Positions 58,537 through 64,000 of a DNA stretch of 64,000 nucleotides are shown piece by piece (within the stretch, counting starts at the first letter, position 1; each line of letters begins with the position of its first letter). The notes under the pieces are model-generated. The model saw nothing but the letters and a program-made list of their open reading frames with translations, was not told the origin of the DNA and ran no database searches. The stretch is from contig DFFP01000013.1 of the NCBI GenBank assembly GCA_002372275.1, forward strand, positions 15,603-79,602, read 5' to 3'. This DNA comes from Alphaproteobacteria bacterium UBA3773 (GTDB lineage Bacteria; Pseudomonadota; Alphaproteobacteria; RF32; CAG-239). The translations under genes were made by a program, and so were the position numbers.

Positions 58537-59190
58537 TTAACAAACGCGTCTTGAGTTTCGTGTAATGTCTTCTGCTTTCTGATTATTTTCCAAAACTTTC
58601 GGGATACATTCAAAAATTTCATTGATCGGATTGTGATACATTTCATCGGTTGAGGCCGTATGAATATTCGGAAAATATCCGAAATTGATATAGCATAACA
58701 TTTTACGCATCATTTGATTGGGCGAACAAACAAGGTGCAATTCTTGAAAATGATGTTTCTTAAATAATTCACAAGAAACGTAGCATTCATCCGTTGAATT
58801 ATAAACACCCTTTTCACCCATGATTTCCGAATTGGCATCATCTGCATAAATATTTTCACTTTTTACCCCTTTGGAAATCAAATAATTTTTTCCGGCAGAA
58901 GATAAAGAACACAAATCCGCCTTGCCGTTTTCCTGATGTCTTGATCCCGGTACATAAAAATATACTTCTTTGCTGCCTTTAAGTTCATGATATATTTTAA
59001 TTCCCAGATCAAGCCTTGCCTGAAATTCACTCCCCGGAAACTGTCCATCCTTTAAGGGATGTTGCGCGGCAACTTCGATAAGAACATTTTGACCGTTTTT
59101 CTTGGCCTCTTTCATGTTTTGTAAAGCCGTTTGATATTTTTCAAGCCACAATAAGTGAAGCGGTGAACGTGTATTTTGTGAATCTGTCAT
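58537..59190 (-). CDS. Hypothetical protein (possibly DUF218/YdcF-like)
   Basis: Weak resemblance only. Confidence 0.3.
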   Translation of the reverse strand: MTDSQNTRSPLHLLWLEKYQTALQNMKEAKKNGQNVLIEVAAQHPLKDGQFPGSEFQARLDLGIKIYHELKGSKEVYFYVPGSRHQENGKADLCSLSSAGKNYLISKGVKSENIYADDANSEIMGEKGVYNSTDECYVSCELFKKHHFQELHLVCSPNQMMRKMLCYINFGYFPNIHTASTDEMYHNPINEIFECIPKVLENNQKAEDITRNSRRVC

Positions 59191-59216
59191 TTTATAAGCC
59201 TTTCAAATATAAATTT

Positions 59217-60038
59217 TTAAAGATTTTGATAAGCGAAATTGCTGACATCATTAATTTCTTTATCAGAAACATTATATTCACTCATCATTTTTAAAAGATG
59301 TTCGGCATAGCCGTTTTCTTTAAATATCTCTTTTGTTTTAACATAATTTAAATCAAAAATCCATGCCAAAACAAATAAAATTCTATCAGAAAATGAAATC
59401 ACACTTTGAGATACAACAGGTCGGCTTGCAAAAAACTGCTCTTTTACTTCTTGAGATAAACCGGCCTCTAATGCCTCTTTGGAAAGTAATTTAAAAAATA
59501 TATCTTTGCGTAACCTGTCTTTTTCTTTAATATCTTTGAGAAGTGCCATTTTATCGGCATCACGGACAAGATAGAGTATCTTTTCACAATCTTGTGCATA
59601 CGGGCTTTTTTGCGCCTCTTCCCACAAAGCTGTTTTTTTTACTTGATCTATCATTTTACCATGATAACGAACGGCAAGTAAAATACGAATATCGTTATAT
59701 AAAGGATTGTGTTTCAGCTTTTCATAGCCGATTAAACCATGATCATACTGATTTAATATCATCGGATTTTTTTCTAAATCAGGTGTATGATACCTCATCA
59801 CCGCCTCTTCAAATCTGCCGACATCGTGAAACAAAAGAGCTTTTTGTGCAATATTTTTAAAATCATCGGATTGAAATTTTAGCTCCGGCGTTTGATATAA
59901 AATATGCTTACCGTAGTGTAATACACAAATCGAGTGCCGAAACTTGTGATTGATCGATTCCATAAAAAATGAATCTTTGACAAGTTGAGATGCCGCCTCC
60001 AAGTAGTATTTTTTAAATTCTATAAAATTTTCTCTCAT
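59217..60038 (-). CDS. HD-domain phosphohydrolase family protein
   Basis: H...HD signature (HSICVLHYG ... LLFHDVGR). Confidence 0.6.
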   Translation of the reverse strand: MRENFIEFKKYYLEAASQLVKDSFFMESINHKFRHSICVLHYGKHILYQTPELKFQSDDFKNIAQKALLFHDVGRFEEAVMRYHTPDLEKNPMILNQYDHGLIGYEKLKHNPLYNDIRILLAVRYHGKMIDQVKKTALWEEAQKSPYAQDCEKILYLVRDADKMALLKDIKEKDRLRKDIFFKLLSKEALEAGLSQEVKEQFFASRPVVSQSVISFSDRILFVLAWIFDLNYVKTKEIFKENGYAEHLLKMMSEYNVSDKEINDVSNFAYQNL

Positions 60039-60156
60039 TTTTGATCCACATTCAATTAAATTCTATTGTTAATCGTATTCATTTTTGTTAACTTATATTG
60101 TATATTATTGATTTATATCCGCTTGTACAAGATAAAAAAAATTATAGGTATATAAA

Positions 60157-60945
60157 ATGAGAAAATTCGGATTTAAATTATTTTCTTCCAATTTACAAAC
60201 AGCCCCTGATTTAATTGATGAATGTGCGGATTTTGCTGCTACACATGACGATATTTTTGTTGAGCTGATGGTGATTCCAAACACTCAAAAAGATGATTTA
60301 CTCAAGATAAAATCAAAACTTTCAAACTGCGAAGTCAGAATACATGCGCCCCATAGCACCATGGGATTTGATGCCGGCAACAAAGATTTAAGAAAGCAAA
60401 ATCAAAAAATGTTTGCTTTATCTCAATGGGCAGCCGATATTTTTCAATCTCAAACAATTGTGGTGCACGCCGGATGCGGGCACAATAAAGAAAATATTGA
60501 AGAAACAACCAAACAATTTTTGTTGTTTCACGATCCGCGCATTGTTATTGAAAATTTACCGCGTTTTGATTCAGACGGAGAACTTTTGCACGGCAATACA
60601 TTAGAGGAAATTAAATTTATCATGAATGAAACAAAATGCGGCTTTTGCTTTGATTTTTCACATGCTATTTGTGCCGCTTTAAGCTTCAATATCGATATTG
60701 AAAAACAACTTAAAGGATTTTTTGAGCTAAACCCGAGTGTTTATCATATGTGTGATGGGGATATCAACAAGGCAGAAGATGCTCATCTGCATTTTGGCGC
60801 AGGAAATTACAATCTGAAACATTTTTTAAATGATTACACAAATGGTAACGCTTATATTACCATGGAAACAGGAGAAGGCGTTTTGCACCATAATCATTTA
60901 TGGATTCAGGATTATCATTATTTGAAATCTTTACAAAAAGCATAA
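60157..60945 (+). CDS. Sugar phosphate isomerase/epimerase (xylose-isomerase-like TIM barrel)
   Basis: VVHAG...ENLP...H...DF.H... pattern typical of AP_endonuc_2/TIM-barrel isomerases. Confidence 0.6.
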   Translation: MRKFGFKLFSSNLQTAPDLIDECADFAATHDDIFVELMVIPNTQKDDLLKIKSKLSNCEVRIHAPHSTMGFDAGNKDLRKQNQKMFALSQWAADIFQSQTIVVHAGCGHNKENIEETTKQFLLFHDPRIVIENLPRFDSDGELLHGNTLEEIKFIMNETKCGFCFDFSHAICAALSFNIDIEKQLKGFFELNPSVYHMCDGDINKAEDAHLHFGAGNYNLKHFLNDYTNGNAYITMETGEGVLHHNHLWIQDYHYLKSLQKA

Positions 60946-61000
60946 AATATTCTTGATCCAAATTTAAAATATGCTATACTGATAAAGACAACCAAATTAA

Positions 61001-61825
61001 ATGTGTCCTCTCATGTTGGCAAGTGAGATTCAAGGACGAATGCCGAAATTAAATAATATCATTATTATGCAAAACAATTTTAACAAGGTTTTCCGAAGCG
61101 AAGACGGAACAGTATTCACAAAGCTGACCAGTAAAGAAATTGAAGGTTTCAAAGGTAACTACATCACTGTCATTGACAATCAGCCGATTGCCGTTGTTGA
61201 TGGAAAAGAAGTTCCTATACCTTCCGTTCTGTTCAACGAAATAGGTGTTGCCTACTTCTTTGTTAATTTTTATCAGCATGGTCTGAAAATGGCAAAGAAA
61301 CACGGTATCTACTACGGCGTAAAGCAAGAACCTATTCGTGTATGGAAGAACATTCAGCCGGGCGAGCCCATCGTAACCGTGATTGACGGTTATATTGAGC
61401 ACGAAATTCCATCTTTGGATGAGAATAGCGTTGCCGCCCAAAACGTTGTAAAAAACGAGTTCTACGCCATGCCGAAATCCGTCCTGGCACAGAAGTATCG
61501 TTTTGAGCGTAGCGAATTCGACTACGATCTTTACATACCCAAAAGTGATGTCGTATCACAATGGGTATATTCAGATGTGAATGTGTTTGGTATTCTTTGG
61601 GGAGTCTTTGAGTTTCTGACAACCCCAATGATTAATATCAGCAACAAGAATGACTGTTATGGTTGTAACTACGTGGTATGGTGGGGAAACGACGGAAGGC
61701 TGGCCAGTTACAAGGTGGTCGGTTATTTCCGCGCCTGTGGAACACTCTTCTACGAACAGCCAATGTCGCTGCCCGTCGCAGCCGAAGAAGCAACATTCGA
61801 ACCGCCCAAAGTGCTGACCCACTAA
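61001..61825 (+). CDS. Hypothetical protein encoded by anomalously GC-rich DNA
   Basis: Windows inside this ORF run about 45-60% GC, against ~32-37% in the flanking DNA. The true start may be an internal Met (about 61067). A CYGC...ACG motif sits near the C-terminus. Confidence 0.45.
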   Translation: MCPLMLASEIQGRMPKLNNIIIMQNNFNKVFRSEDGTVFTKLTSKEIEGFKGNYITVIDNQPIAVVDGKEVPIPSVLFNEIGVAYFFVNFYQHGLKMAKKHGIYYGVKQEPIRVWKNIQPGEPIVTVIDGYIEHEIPSLDENSVAAQNVVKNEFYAMPKSVLAQKYRFERSEFDYDLYIPKSDVVSQWVYSDVNVFGILWGVFEFLTTPMINISNKNDCYGCNYVVWWGNDGRLASYKVVGYFRACGTLFYEQPMSLPVAAEEATFEPPKVLTH

Positions 61826-61845
61826 TTAGTGCTTCAGGGCAAACA

Positions 61846-61884
61846 AAAACAGCAAGGAAAATTTTTTCCTTGCTGTTTTGTTTA
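61846..61884 (+). terminator. Rho-independent terminator
   Basis: Hairpin cagcaaggaaaa-tttttt-ccttgctg followed by a T-run. Confidence 0.75.
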
Positions 61885-61990
61885 TCAAATCATCTGTAAC
61901 GCATAAATGTAAAACTCCCCAAAAGAGCTTGATATTACCCTCATTATTTTGTATAAATGTAGCAAAGAAATTATCAAAGGAGTTTTTTAA

Positions 61991-62425
61991 ATGAGCACAT
62001 ACTATATTGTTTCCGGTGGTTTTGACCCTATTCATGAGGGGCATATTGAAATGATTAAACAATCGGCAGCAGCCTCAGACGGCGTCATTGTTTTAGCCAA
62101 TTCCGATGAATGGCTTTGCCGTAAAAAAGGAAAAAATTTCTATAACATTAAAACACGTAAAGCAATTTTAGAAAACTTAAAAGGCGTGATTGATGTGCTT
62201 GAATTTGATGACAGCGACAACTCTGCCTCAGACGGTATAAAAAAAGCACGCGCCAAATACCCTGATGACACACTTGTTTTTGCAAACGGCGGCGACAGAG
62301 GAAAAGACAATATTCCGGAAACTAAAACTTGCCAAGAATGCAACGTTTCTCTTGCTTTTGGTGTCGGCGGTGATAATAAAGCCAATTCTTCCTCGTGGAT
62401 CTTAAAAAAGTGGGAAGATCAATGA
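61991..62425 (+). CDS. Cytidylyl/adenylyltransferase-like nucleotidyltransferase (TagD/RfaE-domain-II-like)
   Basis: N-terminal GGFDPIHEGH (the (H/T)xGH motif). Confidence 0.75.
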   Translation: MSTYYIVSGGFDPIHEGHIEMIKQSAAASDGVIVLANSDEWLCRKKGKNFYNIKTRKAILENLKGVIDVLEFDDSDNSASDGIKKARAKYPDDTLVFANGGDRGKDNIPETKTCQECNVSLAFGVGGDNKANSSSWILKKWEDQ

Positions 62426-63600
62426 GTTTTCTTTATAAAGAAGAAAAAACATATAAACACAAAATTTATAAAATTTGCGGTCTGAAATTCAGTTTTCAGC
62501 GTCCAAGATACAAGAGGCAATCAAAACTTTTTGATGCGGTTGATCCGAAAACAATTCAAAAAAACGGCTTTAGCGTTGTTGCTGATTTTAAAAATCACAG
62601 CGGGGAAACACAAAATGCACTTGATATGCTCAAAATTTTCAAGGAATTTGGGATTGCCTGTGAAGCTGTTGATATTAAAAAACCGACTTCTGCCCCGAAG
62701 TATTACACCAAAATTGCCGTTTCGACTTCGGAATATTTCAAACACAAAAATTATAACAATGTTTCTCTTCTGGTGTGGGAGTTTGAAAGCGGAATGTTAG
62801 AGGCGCGTCCTTATGCTTTTGAAAATATTCAAACAGTTTTAACAACATCTACTTTTTGCTACAACTATTTCAAAAAAATTATCCCTGCCGGTGTTAAATT
62901 GGTGCATATCCCCTACCCGTTTGATTTTGCATCTATCCCTTCAAAAATCAATGAACAAACACGCGCCAAATACGGCATCAAACCTGATGATTTTGTTTGT
63001 TTTTTTAATTTTGCTTATTCGTCATCTTATCACCGCAAAAATCCGGAAGCCGTTTTGAAAGCATTTGCTTTAGCCTTAAAAGGCCAAGACAATGCCAAAC
63101 TTTTTATCAAAACGTCAAACAGCCAAAAGAACAAATATCGCGAGCGTTTTTTTGAAAAAATAAAAGAATACGGCCTACAAGACCAAATCATTATTGAAGA
63201 AAACAGCTTAAATCGAAGTGATATGATGGATGTCATCAATACCTCAGATGTATATTTATCGCTTCACAGAGGTGAAGGCGTCGGGCTTGGAATGTTAGAG
63301 GCCATGGCAATGGGGAAACCCGTTATTGCAACCAATTACAGCGGTAACACAGATTTTGTTAAAGAAGGCGTCGCGTTTCCGGTTTCATATAAGCTTGTCA
63401 CCCCAAAAGAAAATGATTTAAAAGTTTACAATCATGTTTTGCTTTGGGCCGAACCGAATATCAAAGAGGCTTCAGAGATTTTACTTAAACTTTATCAAAA
63501 TCCTGAACTCAAGCAAAATGTCGGGCAAAAAGCAAAAGAATTTATCAAAAAAGAATTTGATCATAAAAAGATCATCAAAATTTTGAGAGAAATGTTATGA
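62422..63600 (+). CDS. GT4 (family 1 fold) glycosyltransferase
   Basis: C-terminal EGVGLGMLEAMAMGKPVIATNYSGNTDFV motif. The ATG at 62422 overlaps the upstream stop (ATGA) and is preferred over the GTG at 62395. Confidence 0.8.
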   Translation: MSFLYKEEKTYKHKIYKICGLKFSFQRPRYKRQSKLFDAVDPKTIQKNGFSVVADFKNHSGETQNALDMLKIFKEFGIACEAVDIKKPTSAPKYYTKIAVSTSEYFKHKNYNNVSLLVWEFESGMLEARPYAFENIQTVLTTSTFCYNYFKKIIPAGVKLVHIPYPFDFASIPSKINEQTRAKYGIKPDDFVCFFNFAYSSSYHRKNPEAVLKAFALALKGQDNAKLFIKTSNSQKNKYRERFFEKIKEYGLQDQIIIEENSLNRSDMMDVINTSDVYLSLHRGEGVGLGMLEAMAMGKPVIATNYSGNTDFVKEGVAFPVSYKLVTPKENDLKVYNHVLLWAEPNIKEASEILLKLYQNPELKQNVGQKAKEFIKKEFDHKKIIKILREML

Positions 63601-64000
63601 ATAAAAAACGTGTTGTTTTTGATGTAGGTATATTGTCACAAGCAATTACAGGTGATGGAAGCGGAATTTTTTATACTGCTCTTAATCTTTTTGAACAATT
63701 TATTAAAAATGAAAATATTGATGTTGTTTTATATTCTTCACAAGGGCATGTTTGTTCCATTCAAAAATACTTACAAAAGCTTTTTGATAAAAAATTTGAA
63801 TGTCTTGGAGTCGACAAACTTGAAGATCTTTTATTTGAACTGAAACTCAAAAGAAGAAATTACAAGGCAAAACATCAGCATATTCGTCATTTGTTTTTTG
63901 ATATATATGCTATTTTTGTTAAAATTGCTCGACAATTAAGAGATTTGTTACATCCCCTTTCAACACCTGTGATTGACGGAGATATATATTTTTCAACAAA
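63597..64000 (+). CDS. Probable second glycosyltransferase, N-terminal part (3' end outside window)
   Basis: The ATG overlaps the upstream stop (ATGA), and the reading frame stays open to the window end. The ORF track omits it because no stop codon falls inside the window. Confidence 0.45.
   Translation, partial: MNKKRVVFDVGILSQAITGDGSGIFYTALNLFEQFIKNENIDVVLYSSQGHVCSIQKYLQKLFDKKFECLGVDKLEDLLFELKLKRRNYKAKHQHIRHLFFDIYAIFVKIARQLRDLLHPLSTPVIDGDIYFST

Noticed and set aside
49382-64000. An exact direct repeat of the tRNA-Pro 3' end (a classical attR) that would delimit a single integrated island.
   Set aside because: Only partial or inexact matches were found by eye (a 13-nt inverted T-arm match and about 10-nt matches in the direct repeats). 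No clean attR lies within the window, so the island boundary may lie beyond 64 kb or be eroded.
1-64000. Transposase, IS element or integrase genes.
   Set aside because: No ORF with DDE, serine or tyrosine recombinase motifs was recognised. The mobility signatures present are only repeats (inverted repeats and direct repeats) and the GIY-YIG minigene.

Overview
This 64 kb window comes from a low-GC (~35-38%) alphaproteobacterium. It is probably Rhizobiales and Bartonella-like, judged from the IalB homolog, gene content and AT richness; this lineage call is tentative.

Positions 1-49.3 kb are mostly conserved core genome:
- a Mur-ligase C-terminal fragment, nrdR, nusB, def
- a suf Fe-S operon (sufB-sufC-sufD) interrupted by a MazG-like gene and a small GIY-YIG nuclease gene flanked by 27-bp hairpin inverted repeats
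- an NlpD-like LysM/M23 lipoprotein, yajC-secD-secF, infA
- an orphan sensor kinase, a Bax/glucosaminidase-like protein, an Nfu-like protein, murJ
- the rimP-nusA-ylxR-infB-rbfA operon
- gpsA-like, a STAS protein, clpP-clpX, a SIMPL-like protein, a YihY-family protein, recA
- a CCA-adding enzyme, ialB, rlmN, mlaA/mlaC, a DegT aminotransferase
- an ElbB-like protein, an M16 peptidase, a Schlafen/AlbA_2-domain protein, rnhA, a prepilin-like protein, nfo

Two things stand out.

(1) At 36.7-43.6 kb there is a giant gene of about 2,290 codons, split into two overlapping ORFs by a +1/-1 frameshift at an A10 homopolymer. It encodes an acidic coiled-coil N-terminal region, a glycine-rich hydrophobic core, and four tandem ~180-aa C-terminal modules. 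The modules are separated by PKPEP-type linkers, which include 39-bp tandem repeats and a (GAAAAA)n tract. This looks like a secreted effector or adhesin-like contingency locus.

(2) Immediately downstream of a tRNA-Pro(CGG) gene at 49.3 kb begins an accessory region that runs to the end of the window. Its first 4.2 kb is a compact cassette bounded by 20-bp inverted repeats. The cassette holds a small ORF, a Dam-like MTase, a second beta-class MTase, a small PD-ExK endonuclease, a DUF262 (DGxQR, ParB-like) protein and a HEPN-like (Rx4H) protein. Genes two to six overlap or abut one another. I read this as a mobile, composite R-M plus DUF262/HEPN defence module.

Downstream of the cassette lie:
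- decayed tRNA-like fragments and direct repeats flanking an HExxH metallopeptidase-like gene
- an LpxA paralog, an MFS transporter, an HD hydrolase and a sugar-phosphate isomerase
- a conspicuously GC-rich (~50%) ORF
- a cytidylyltransferase and GT4 glycosyltransferases, i.e. a surface-glycan-type locus

No CRISPR array, transposase or integrase was seen.
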